A stretch of 64,000 nucleotides of DNA, from the NCBI GenBank assembly GCA_964016885.1, contig OZ024741.1, forward strand, positions 82,212,001-82,276,000, written 5' to 3'. The stretch comes from Eledone cirrhosa (lineage: Eukaryota). Positions 38,052-48,486 of this stretch are shown here, piece by piece. Made by a program: the position numbers and the translations under genes. Position 1 is the first letter of the stretch. Every line of letters begins with the position of its first letter. The notes under the pieces are model-generated. The model searched no databases and was not told the DNA's origin. It saw only the letters and a program-made list of their open reading frames with translations.

Positions 38052-40803
38052 CATATTCATTAGTTAAGCAAAACAAGACCACAAATTTCACAAGGAAAAC
38101 ATTATTAAAAGATTGTCAACATATTTTAGTTTGATGTAAGGAATGTAGAGAATAATAATAATAATATTAATAATAATAATGTCCGTTTACAATTGTTTGC
38201 TACTTCATATAATATTTCTGGATCAAATGACTATATTATAAAAACATTTTAAGACAGCCACTTCTTACATGTTATGTCTGACAAAACTAAAATTCTATAC
38301 ACCATGACTCCTGAAACTTAGAACTCTTTCCTTCTTAAGACTTAATAAAAACTATTAAAAAACTATACCCTCCAGTGTAAACGTACTTAACCGAAAAGCA
38401 CAGGCGTTGGTTAAGGACTTGCATCTTGATAGATTTACCCACCCTTATGTACCAACAACCCCAAGGTTCTCTCTCAAGGATCATAAGCCAAACTTTATAG
38501 AGAACCCATCTATTAGACTTATAAGCCCAACCACATCCGACCTGGGTCGTATCAGTAAGAACATCCTTGATAGGATCATCCCTGGGCTACAGAATGATAT
38601 CACCTACAAGCTGTTGTCCAACACCGGCCAACTCATTAGATGGTTCTCCGATCTAAGGTCCAAGCAATCTATGAGGTTCATACAATTTGACATTGACAGC
38701 TATTACGCTTCAATAACCCCGGAATTGCTCAACAAGCATTAACCCTAGCCAGCACCAACTCGGACATAACCAATAATGAGATAGACATCATACTTATGGC
38801 TAGGCAGACCATCACTGAATTCAACGGAGCACTCTGGACTATAAAAGACAGAACAGACAAATTTGACATCACGATGGGCTCAAGTGACCTGCGCAAATCA
38901 CCGATTTATTTGGAATTTACCTATTACATAACATCAGAGCCGAAATCCAACCCTTGCAAGGCGGAATATACAGGGACGACGCCCTATTTGCAGTCCACAA
39001 TTGCACTAATCGAGGCATTGATTTGCTCAAAAAATAATTACATATATTCTTTAAAAATAACGGTCTCTCTATCACCATCGAGCTGAACCATAAAGTAGTA
39101 AACTTCATCGAAGTGACTCTGGATCTTAACAATAACCTATATTACCCTTACCATAAACCAGGTGAAATACTTACATATATTAGCCCACACTCTAATCACC
39201 CACCGGCAGTCATCAGAGCAGTAATCAAATCTATCTCGTATAGGATCTCCATGCTATCAGCAAATGAGGAGATATTTATAAACCATGCAGCATATTATAA
39301 TAAGGCTCTTTCTGAATCTGGTTATGAACAGTCCATTTACTACATATCTAAATGCCATAACACAGCAATTCACCATAATAAATTTAACACTAGAACTAGA
39401 AATACCTTAGAATATAGCCAGATTCGCCGGAATTTTATCAGTAACAGCACCTACACAGGGAAGTTTAATGGTGGCAGCGGCCTGCTCCCCACTCCAAATA
39501 GCAAACTAAAAATCAACCCTAGAATAGGAATGAGAAATGGGATGACAAATAACAAATCCCCAGGTAATAATAACCCTAGGAAGACCCCTACAAACTCCAC
39601 TAGAACCCCTAGAAGGAATAGGCCTAAAAATATCACCTGGCTTAACCCCCCATTCTCATCTAATCTAGCCACTAATATCCCTAAACGCTTCTTCTCTATC
39701 CTATCTAAACATCCCCCCCAACCATAGATATTACAAACTCTTTAATAAAAATAACATTAAAATCTCATTCTTCACAACACCTAACCTAGCTAGCCACATC
39801 GCATTCAGTAACCATCATAAACTAAGACTCCAACACCGCGGTACCACCACCCTATCAAATACCCCACGCCACTACACCAATACTTACTCTAGTAGCACAA
39901 CTTCCCCATCTAATCCTTCTAACACTGATCAACCGCTTAGGTTAAACTACCCTACTCTCACTAACCGCAGAAGTAACTGCAACTGCCGGTACCCTAATGC
40001 ATGTCCACTAAATAGACACTGCCTTACACTGCGAGACCCTAACAACAGATGTTCGACATCTCTAGCTAGGCTCATTAAAAACCTTATATTAACCAACATT
40101 GAACACTCACTAACATGGGATATCTTAGCTAGGGCCCAACCGTTCAATGGACGAAGAAAATCTTGTGATCTCTGTATTACCGAAGCATATTACATAACTC
40201 TATCACGACCTCTACCGATTAACGATAGAACGTAGCTAACTATTAGCTGTCAACATCGATGGGCTAATTCCTTCGCCAACAGAATATTTGACCCAACATA
40301 GTCATCTAGCCCCATTTTTACTTGTAGCTAATAAGTTAAATAGCTATGAATAACTTACATAATTATAAGTAAGATAAAACAAAATAGCACTTAACTATAA
40401 ACTACCCACAATTTCTAATCTGTCGAGGAGTTACTTCCCCTGAAACCACCCTCTAATTAGTAAGGTAAATATATCCATTTGCGGCCATCTTGTTACCCAT
40501 AGGCAGATCTCACACAATGCATCCTCGACAGGAGAATACTGCTTGATTATGGCATACAATTGATACACCCAGGACACCATAGTGAAAGACCAATATATGA
40601 AATATTACATTTATGTAATATTCTTTCCTTATATTAATTTATATTCCTTTGAAGTTCCGATGAGCCTATCTATCTTTAAGTATGTTAATTAGTTTCAACT
40701 GAACCAAATCAATAATGATATATAGTCATTTGATCCAGAAATATTATATGGAGTAGCGAAACAATTGTAAACGGACATTATTATTATTAATATTATTATT
40801 ATT
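38052..40803 (+). mobile_element. Degenerate PLE (YRDD type) with inverted 5' arm; its 3' arm appears to resume at about 52158-52300
   Basis: Frameshifted RT/EN pieces (RLISPTTSDLG, QFDIDSYYASI, YHKP...SNHP, CNCRYPNACPL, CDLCITE). 38181-38237 is the reverse complement of about 40718-40776. Confidence 0.88.
40654..40772 (+). ncRNA. Hammerhead-like motif with CCGAUGA core and long stem-II insert
   Basis: GTT-CCGATGA-gccta...tagc-GAA-AC-AATT-GT-A-AAC; palindromic ACAATTGT stem/loop III. Confidence 0.6.
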
Positions 40804-40919
40804 TGCATTTATCTTGCTTTATGTTCATACGAGTTATCACCAAGTCACAACCAGTGACCTCAAGAGACAACAAGGTCCGCCATGTTCAAGAAAGAACATA
40901 CATATTCACACATGCATCC

Positions 40920-43517
40920 TTAGTGTTTAGACTTGATCTTCCTTAGTATATGGGCAGTTCCCATTAGTACTATCTTTTGTATTTCTCCTATACGCGGGTT
41001 TCCTGGGATTTGCGATAAGTAGTCGTTAGACCCCTTAGGTATCATTCCCAGAGCGCCTACAACCACTGGTATTGTTTTAGTTCTCAATTTCCACATTTTT
41101 CCAATTTCTATCTCCAGGTCCTTATACTTGCTCAATTTTTCAAATGTTTTTATAGATACATTCTTGTCTATTGGAACAGACATATCAATTAGCAGGCATA
41201 CCCTCCTTTGAAAGTCCTTCAGTATTATATCAGGTCTATTTGCATCTATTTTTCGGTCTGTTTGGATGCTGAAGTTCCACAAGATTGAGATGTGATCTTT
41301 TTCAAGTATGGGAGGTGGTTGATGCTCCCACCAATTCTTTTGATGGGGCAGGTCAAAATGCTTACACATTATCCAATGTATGTATTGTGCAGCTCTGTCA
41401 TGCCTGTTTAGGTATTCGGTTGGAGCTATAGGACTGCACATTGAAATTATATGGTCAATGGTCTCTGGTTGTTTTTTGCATACACGGCATAATGGGCTGC
41501 ACCCATTTTTTATTATGTTGGCTTGGTAATTTTTTGTTGGCAGACACTGATCTTGTGCCGATATAATCAGTCCTTCAGTCTCCGATTTCAGTCCAGAGGA
41601 TGCCAACCACTGATGGGTTAAAGTTTTGTCAACATCAGGATTGTTAGCTCGCTCTGGGTATTTTCCATACAGAGGCTTTTCTTGCCATTTCTTAGCCAGT
41701 TTCTGTAGCAGTTCTTTCTTTGCAGTTACTTTTACCTGCTTTGCTTTTTCTGTGTTTTCCATTTCAGCAGTAAATGGGACTTCTGAAATTTGTAGTCCAT
41801 TACTGTATCTTTGTGCATCTTTTGTAATGGAATATGATCTTTTGGTGCTTTCGTGTTTCAAAACGAGTTTGATCATCCAATCATGTGATTCCCTTAGATA
41901 TGTGGATAATCCAATTGTTGCAGTTTTTAACGCAATGTCTAACTGGATTAAGCCACGTCCTCCTTCTTTCCTAGGGAGATATATTCTATCTATGTCTGCC
42001 TTAGGGTGATGCATTCTGTGCATGGTTAAGAATTTTCGGATTTTTGTATCGAGCCTACGGATCTCTGTGCTTGACCAGTTGATGACATTGTAACTGTAGG
42101 TTACTACTGGTATGGCAAGCGTGTTTATGGCATCGATCCTATTCCTTGCATTCAATTCCGTTCTTAAGATTGCTCTGACTCTGCGGTAACATTCCTTCCT
42201 TATCCTTTCCCTCATTGTCGAGTGCTTGATTCCGTCTCCTTCACAAACACCTAGATATTTGTAAGTTTGTTCTTGATCAAGCTCTCTTATCACGTTCCCC
42301 CGATCAAGATTAATGTCTGAACTCTTCAGCAGCTTTCCTCTGGTGAACGTTGCTTTGGCGCATTTATCCAGTCCAAACTCCATTTTAATGTCATCACTGA
42401 ACTGCTTCACAGTGGATAATAGCCCTTGCAATTGTTCATCATTTTTTGCAAATAGTTTCAGGTCATCCATGTAGAACAGGTGATTAATGGTTTTGTCATA
42501 GACTCTATATCCATGTTTTGTTTCATTGAGCATTTTACTTAATGGTATAAGTGCGATGCAGAATAAAAGCGGTGATAAAGAGTCACCCTGAAAAATTCCA
42601 CAATTAATGTTAACTTCTCCAGCTTCCAGTGATTTTGTTTCACTATTCAAAAGGAGTGTCGTTCTCCATGTCCTCATACTGAATGACAAAAACCTCCTGA
42701 TAACGGGGGATATTTTGAAAATCTCTAAACATTTTTCAATCCAACTGTGTGGCAAACTATCAAATGCTTTTTTATAATCTATCCAAGCAATCGATAGATT
42801 TTTGTGTCTATTATGACAATCTTCCAGTATCATTTTGTTAACCAGAAGCTGATCCTTACAGCCATATGAGCCTCGTTTACACCCTTTCTGCTCAATGGGA
42901 AATAGGTCATTTGTTATCAGGTGGTCATATGTGTATTCAGTTAGGACTGATGTTAAAATTTTATACATTGTGGTCAAGCAGGTTATCGGTCTGTAATTTT
43001 TGGGATTGTTTGTCTCATCATTCTTCGGTAGCAGGAATGTAATGCCGTTAACTAGCCATGATGGTATCTTTTCTGGCTCCTTAACTATTTCATTGTAAAG
43101 TTGGGCTAACAGCTCATGAGACTCTGTGAAGGCATTTATCCAAAAGTTTTGTATTTTGTCTTTTCCTGGGGATTTCCATTTGCTGGTTTTTCTTAGAGCC
43201 AAGCGCAACTGTTCAACTGTTATATTTTCCCATGTTTGTTCTTCAAGGTGAGCTGTTTCTTTCATTTGTCTGTCTATCCATGGGGCATGTATGTTATGAA
43301 CTTTTTCTTCGGCCCAGATCTTTTCCCAGAATTCTTGCACTTCCTCCTTGGGTGGTATTGATTTAGCAGTTATTGTTGACTTACCAATTTTTCTGTAGAA
43401 GTTTCTTTGGTTGTTTTTGAACATATTATTGTCCTTATAGAATCTAGATCGTTTTTCAAAGCGCCTTATACGAGCAGCTTTGGCCGACACTTTTTGCTTG
43501 ATTGTTTCTATCAGCAT
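40920..43517 (-). CDS. RT + CCHC + RLE polyprotein, C-terminal part
   Basis: WKSPGKD, NYRPITCL, IDYKKAFDS, GIFQGDSLSP, FYMDDLKL, YKYLG, CRVC...ETIDHIISMC, RHD, NRPDII, IDMSVP...K..KY.DL. Confidence 0.95.
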   Translation of the reverse strand: MLIETIKQKVSAKAARIRRFEKRSRFYKDNNMFKNNQRNFYRKIGKSTITAKSIPPKEEVQEFWEKIWAEEKVHNIHAPWIDRQMKETAHLEEQTWENITVEQLRLALRKTSKWKSPGKDKIQNFWINAFTESHELLAQLYNEIVKEPEKIPSWLVNGITFLLPKNDETNNPKNYRPITCLTTMYKILTSVLTEYTYDHLITNDLFPIEQKGCKRGSYGCKDQLLVNKMILEDCHNRHKNLSIAWIDYKKAFDSLPHSWIEKCLEIFKISPVIRRFLSFSMRTWRTTLLLNSETKSLEAGEVNINCGIFQGDSLSPLLFCIALIPLSKMLNETKHGYRVYDKTINHLFYMDDLKLFAKNDEQLQGLLSTVKQFSDDIKMEFGLDKCAKATFTRGKLLKSSDINLDRGNVIRELDQEQTYKYLGVCEGDGIKHSTMRERIRKECYRRVRAILRTELNARNRIDAINTLAIPVVTYSYNVINWSSTEIRRLDTKIRKFLTMHRMHHPKADIDRIYLPRKEGGRGLIQLDIALKTATIGLSTYLRESHDWMIKLVLKHESTKRSYSITKDAQRYSNGLQISEVPFTAEMENTEKAKQVKVTAKKELLQKLAKKWQEKPLYGKYPERANNPDVDKTLTHQWLASSGLKSETEGLIISAQDQCLPTKNYQANIIKNGCSPLCRVCKKQPETIDHIISMCSPIAPTEYLNRHDRAAQYIHWIMCKHFDLPHQKNWWEHQPPPILEKDHISILWNFSIQTDRKIDANRPDIILKDFQRRVCLLIDMSVPIDKNVSIKTFEKLSKYKDLEIEIGKMWKLRTKTIPVVVGALGMIPKGSNDYLSQIPGNPRIGEIQKIVLMGTAHILRKIKSKH

Positions 43518-43524
43518 GTCTATG

Positions 43525-44574
43525 TCACATGTTGATCTTATACTGTACTTTTTTTTTCAATTTTCTAAGTTTAGTTTGTTTAACATGTTCACCTACTTTA
43601 TAGTTTGTTAAAATTTCTATGTCAGATCGGAGAAGGTTTATTTGGCGATTGATGTTATCTTGCCAAGTAGATTTCTTGTGGGAATTCCTTTGTTTTTTCA
43701 TCTTCACTCCACATAAGTGAGTGGTGACTTTAGCCGATGCATAATAGAGATGATTTAAGTCAGTAATGTTTAGTTTGTTTGTGATGATAATGTTTTTGAG
43801 AATTATGTTAGTCTTGTGTATTATCTTTTGGTTCTGTTTGGAGTTCTGGATCTTAGGGAGGGTGTCTCGTTGCCCCATGTCAGATTCTTTCATTTTCATC
43901 CATTCGATCATAATTTCATCCTTCAAGTTGGCAAGTTCATTCTCATTCATTTCTTTATCATTTACGATCTCATTATTTTCATTTGGAGTTTCATCCTGAG
44001 CATGCACTCCCTCCACTTTTTCGCTCCTTTCTTTAATTTGTTCTGTTGCCAGTGATTCCGCCCCAACCCTGGGATTCGAAGTGTTACAGTTTACCTCGTT
44101 TTCACTGACACATGCTTCATTTTCCCTTCGCTGACTTTGTGCTACTAGCTTGATCTGATCAATTTCTATATCAGTTAGTAACTTTTTTCTTACAATATTT
44201 CTTCGTATATTGGCTAGTTTGTTACTGTCAATATAGCCTCTGTTTTCGGGATGTTTCTTTTTCCAGTTGATATATGTTTGTTCTGTATTCGATGTATTTG
44301 ATGGGTAGTACATGGCAGTGTAGAAAGCCTCAAGGACTTCTTTATTATCTTCCCTTGACCATTTTTCTCTCTTTTTCTTTGGATTTCTTGGTGGTGAGCA
44401 TGAAGGGCCAACAGTAGGAGTATTCCGGTTATGGGAGGTCTCCAGCTCCGAAGTGATGGGAAGGTTTGAACCATTAGCTGATTTTTCGACCCCAGTCTGG
44501 TTCCTCTCTGAGGGACGCGGCCCTTTTTTACCCGGGTGACGGCCGATCCGGTATGAGATTTTATCATTAGACAT
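43525..44574 (-). CDS. N-terminal part of the same R4/Dong ORF, probably separated by a frameshift in an A-run at about 43549-43557
   Basis: KREKWSREDNKEV..FY...; LYYASA; WQDNINRQINLLRSDI resembles the R4/Dong N-terminus; the two ORFs abut. Confidence 0.8.
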   Translation of the reverse strand: MSNDKISYRIGRHPGKKGPRPSERNQTGVEKSANGSNLPITSELETSHNRNTPTVGPSCSPPRNPKKKREKWSREDNKEVLEAFYTAMYYPSNTSNTEQTYINWKKKHPENRGYIDSNKLANIRRNIVRKKLLTDIEIDQIKLVAQSQRRENEACVSENEVNCNTSNPRVGAESLATEQIKERSEKVEGVHAQDETPNENNEIVNDKEMNENELANLKDEIMIEWMKMKESDMGQRDTLPKIQNSKQNQKIIHKTNIILKNIIITNKLNITDLNHLYYASAKVTTHLCGVKMKKQRNSHKKSTWQDNINRQINLLRSDIEILTNYKVGEHVKQTKLRKLKKKVQYKINM

Positions 44575-44817
44575 TTACTTTATTTTGTCGCGTTTTATCC
44601 TTATCCGCCAAGGGGTAATCATTTCGTGTTACCACTTCTAGAACGAGTGTCAACCAAGACTAGAGGGGTCGTTTTCCCCTAGAGTCATGGCTATTCCCCG
44701 CCGGCCGCCATCCCGGTATTTCTTGGTCACGGGGTTTTCTTTTTGTTGTTTTTTTTTTAATTGTTATTATCATGAGTGGTTCCTTAATGTGAGCATTGCG
44801 TGGCTTAAGAATGAAAT

Positions 44818-44875
44818 TATTAATAATTGTCTCCACTCCAGGCACAAGGCCAGCAATCACCCAGTGCATTACAAT
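44818..44875 (-). mobile_element. SINE 3' tail fragment
   Basis: Minus strand gtaatgcactgggtgattgctggccttgtgcc...gacaattatta, as at 18311-18362. Confidence 0.7.
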
Positions 44876-45559
44876 AATATAATATACTTTTTGTTGTAGT
44901 TGGCTGTTATTGTTGTTGGCTATGTCGGTGGTGGTGCCGGGGCTTTTTATATTGTTGGTGAGGAAGGGGTGAGCCAGCAGTCCCATAATTGTTGAAGTAG
45001 ACGTTTGGCCGGTGGCAAGGTCACCAAGTCAATCTATTTATATCTTTTGCTAGCCTCTCTCTTGTCTAGTGATACCGCCACCTTCCCTTTTCTCTCTCAA
45101 GATAACAGGGGAATAGTGTCAGTAGCATTGAATGAGTGGTGGCGGCGATGATGGATGTTGTGGGGTGGTGGCAGCGGTGGTGTTGTGGTTACTGATATAG
45201 TATCTATGAGTTGGTGTTCGTATGTTTAATATATATTTTTATTATATTTTGTGTTGACATATTCCCGTAAAATTTGAATTAAACATTTTTTTAAATTTGA
45301 GACAATAATAATAGTAATTATTATTATGATGCTGGTGAAATTGCCGTTATCTGGCTGTTATATTTAGTGTGATGGGATAGGTAGTGTATCAAGTTTCTGG
45401 TGTTGGTGAAATTGAAATTGCTGCTGTTCTATATAGTGTAGACAGAGTTTTGTTCCATTTATAACCATTTTCTTTTTTTTAATACAACATATATAATACA
45501 AAATTGAATATTTGAGCGATACAACAATATAATATGGATCCGAAACTTTATGGGACCTC

Positions 45560-45864
45560 ATTCGGTGCCTTTATGCAACATTTGTGCTAAGAATTGTTGT
45601 TTTCAGTTGTTTCAAATTGCCAGTTATGGAAAATTTTTGTTGTTAAGTATTTATAAGCTCATATATATTGCTTTCTGAAAAGGACACTCAATAATATTGG
45701 GGCCTTGAGCCCAAAATTTTAACTTTATTTTATCAAACAAAAATCTCTTTGAAAAAAAAACATTGACGGCATTCGGCTACCCAAATCTGCTGACAGCAGT
45801 TCTGACCGACCAACATTTCCCACCACCATCACCACCATTGTAAACCTTGCTATGGTTGCCAACA
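45560..45864 (+). mobile_element. Older diverged copy of the Tx1 5' UTR
   Basis: Colinear with about 46265-46548 (ttatggaaaatttt...gaaaaggacac.caa...ttggggccttg.gcccaaaattt...caccaccattgtaaa...gccaacac). Confidence 0.8.
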
Positions 45865-46090
45865 CTTTCACCAAATATTAGAGTGTATATGATACTCAAA
45901 GAGAAGAGTGCCATCGGGTCGCTCAAGGAGAATGGTTTACCATTGTGAGATCCAAAAACTTCGCTCAAACTCTGGGTTTCCAAATATATCTGTTCTTCTA
46001 AACTTCTCTTGCCCATTCCTAAATCACGTAGTGTTGAAATAGTAAACTTTTTCAGGTCTTTCCATTCTTTGCCAATGTTAAAGAAAATAC
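45865..46090 (-). pseudogene. Isolated cytochrome P450 (CYP2-clan-like) coding exon
   Basis: After the acceptor ttttgtttcAG, an open frame (G)IFFNIGKEWKDLKKFTISTLRDLGMGKRSLEEQIYLETQSLSEVFGSHNGKPFSLSDPMALFSLSIIYTLIFGE, matching the CYP2 C-helix W...(R/K)...LRDFGMGKRSLEE.I..E and GKPF signatures. No good donor site; no other exons found. Confidence 0.85.
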
Positions 46091-46166
46091 CTGAAACAAA
46101 AATGAAATTAAGAACATGTATTTCGTTTTGGAATATTGAAAAATGAGAACTGCACTGCAGTTCTCA

Positions 46167-46167
<1 letters not shown>

Positions 46168-46238
<71 letters not shown>
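46168..46238. repeat. (TTA)n microsatellite, 5' flank of the Tx1 element
   Basis: Directly visible. Confidence 0.97.
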
Positions 46239-46239
<1 letters not shown>

Positions 46240-46526
46240 GGCGACCTACTTAGTAAACCGTATCATCGTGAGCTCCGCAAAGGTTTGTTATTTCCGTTTG
46301 TTAAAAATTGTCATTTATGGAAAATTTTATTGTTAACTGTTTATAAGCGCACATACATTGTTTTCCGAAAAGGACACCCAAAAAGATTGGGGCCTTGTGC
46401 CCAAAATTTAAACTTTTATTATTATCCAAAAATTTCTTTGAAAAAAAGTGGCTAATTCCCCTCTGCACGAAGCAGCTGAAAGCCTTCCTCACAAAATAAC
46501 ACCTCACACCGACACCACCATTGTAA

Positions 46527-48452
46527 ATGTTACTGCGTTTGCCAACACACAAAAAAAATATAAGCAGTAGCAATATTTTAAATTTGTCTCAGGCAGACAT
46601 TCATTTCCCGCCATTACCAATGACTGCAGGTGTTAAAGCCTCCACCACTACCACCACCGCGACAACCCCCACCCCCACCACCACCGCGACAACAGAAACA
46701 AAAGAAGAAAAAAATAAATTAACTCGTGATGTCGAAATGAAATCAAGCAAAATGGATTCTTCCGCACCAAAGACGAATGACGTCACCACCACCACAACTG
46801 AAACAAAAATTAAGATTAACACAAATAACGATAGCAACAACAACAACAATGACATTATAAAACCGACCCTCGGTTTCGCCATCGTAGCAAAACAATTCGA
46901 AGCGTTCACGGTAACTCAAGAAGATTTAGAAAATGCCAAACAAATGGTAAAGAAAGATGGGTACAGGGTCAGCCTCACCCCCCCCCACCCCCCACCTAAT
47001 AAAATGGAGCATCGGCGCCTGTGCACCGTGTCGTATAGAACAATAAATGTAAAATCGCGCCGAGTGGAACGGGCATCCGAGTCCCAAATCCAAAAAGCTT
47101 TGGGACATGTGTGGGCAAGAAAAACCCACATCAGACGTGGGCAAAAGTATGGAACCGTGGATGTGTTCTTTGAAACACCAGAGGAGGCTAGAGAACACTC
47201 CATGGCCCCATTAAAAAGTGACGACCTCACACTCGTCCCAAGCTATGGTGGCCAGAGACTCGTAAAGATCAGGGTGACCCACGTTCCACCGGCCATCGAA
47301 ATTCCCTGGCTAATAGCGGCTGTCCTCGCCGGCATCGAAGCCAACACGAAAATAATAGCAGTAGCAAAAGAAAAGCAGGAAAACTGGTCCGGATCTGGGA
47401 TGGAGCTCCTGATCCAAGCGGACCAAAAAAGCATTGAGGAGATACCAGAGGTAATAGACCTCACTGACGGCAGCCACCTCACGGTAATTGTCGAGGGCAG
47501 AAGACCTAGGTGTGTCGTTTGTGGTGAAGGAACCCACCTAAGGGCTTTCTGCCCTCAGGCTAAAAGGTTGAGGCCACCTCTCCTACCCACCCCAGTGACA
47601 CAACCATCAACACCACCAGTAGCAGAGATGGCAGCAACAACTGTAGCAGCAACAACAGAAGCAACTATAACAGCAACAACCCCAGCAACAGTAGCAAAAC
47701 CAACACCACTACCACCACCAGCAAAACCAACACCACCACCACCCAACGCTTCAGAAATAGCACCAGCGCCTACACCATCCACCACACCACAACCAAAACT
47801 AACGGCTGTGGAGGATTTTCCACTCCCCGGCCTATCACAACTGGAGACAGATTGTGACGACGAGGAGTGGGAAACGATATCCGGAAGAAAAAAAAGAAAC
47901 CAAAAAAGAAAGAATTCTCTTCCTTCCCCCTCCAAAAACAAAATACAGAGGGAAACAAATAAACTAAGAAACAAAAAAGTTAGGACAGATATACCACCAT
48001 CCACACCAGCATCACCAACCCCATCAACCCAAACACCAACACCATCACCATCATTAACTTCAACACCACCATCACCTACACCACAAAAGTCATTAAAATG
48101 CGAAACAGAAACAAACCCACAACAAACGCAAACAAAACAAAACAACCAAAACGATACACACTACACAGCATTAAATTTGAACAACAAGCAATTATTACAC
48201 TACATCCAACACAACACCAGCATCACAGAAAAAGACTACACAACAACCCCAAAATTCACACCACCTCCACACAAACAAATCACTCGCATCACACAGAAAA
48301 CGTACATGACACTAAAACAAAAATTCCCCAAAGACATCGGAGACTTCCGACAAGCACTCTCCAGGAGGATTTATAAGGACATCCTTCCTGAGGAGGCCAC
48401 AAGCAGTGAAAAGGATGGAAAAGCCGTCCTTCCCCTACGAGAAGTAAGGTAA
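46527..48452 (+). CDS. Tx1-like ORF1 (gag-like; CCHC knuckle, Pro/Thr-rich, basic patch)
   Basis: 641 aa open; CVVCGEGTHLRAFC; RKKRNQKRK. Confidence 0.88.
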   Translation: MLLRLPTHKKNISSSNILNLSQADIHFPPLPMTAGVKASTTTTTATTPTPTTTATTETKEEKNKLTRDVEMKSSKMDSSAPKTNDVTTTTTETKIKINTNNDSNNNNNDIIKPTLGFAIVAKQFEAFTVTQEDLENAKQMVKKDGYRVSLTPPHPPPNKMEHRRLCTVSYRTINVKSRRVERASESQIQKALGHVWARKTHIRRGQKYGTVDVFFETPEEAREHSMAPLKSDDLTLVPSYGGQRLVKIRVTHVPPAIEIPWLIAAVLAGIEANTKIIAVAKEKQENWSGSGMELLIQADQKSIEEIPEVIDLTDGSHLTVIVEGRRPRCVVCGEGTHLRAFCPQAKRLRPPLLPTPVTQPSTPPVAEMAATTVAATTEATITATTPATVAKPTPLPPPAKPTPPPPNASEIAPAPTPSTTPQPKLTAVEDFPLPGLSQLETDCDDEEWETISGRKKRNQKRKNSLPSPSKNKIQRETNKLRNKKVRTDIPPSTPASPTPSTQTPTPSPSLTSTPPSPTPQKSLKCETETNPQQTQTKQNNQNDTHYTALNLNNKQLLHYIQHNTSITEKDYTTTPKFTPPPHKQITRITQKTYMTLKQKFPKDIGDFRQALSRRIYKDILPEEATSSEKDGKAVLPLREVR

Positions 48453-48486
48453 GTGGTCTTTCCCATCTTTTCCACTCCTTTTCAAC

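Larger units (their letters stand above)
40804..44745 (-). mobile_element. R4/Dong-type non-LTR retrotransposon (RT + restriction-like endonuclease), near full length, 3' end abutting (TAA)n
   Basis: ORF motifs (next two features); TAA repeats at 40777-40803; Dong-group elements are known to target TAA repeats. Confidence 0.9.
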
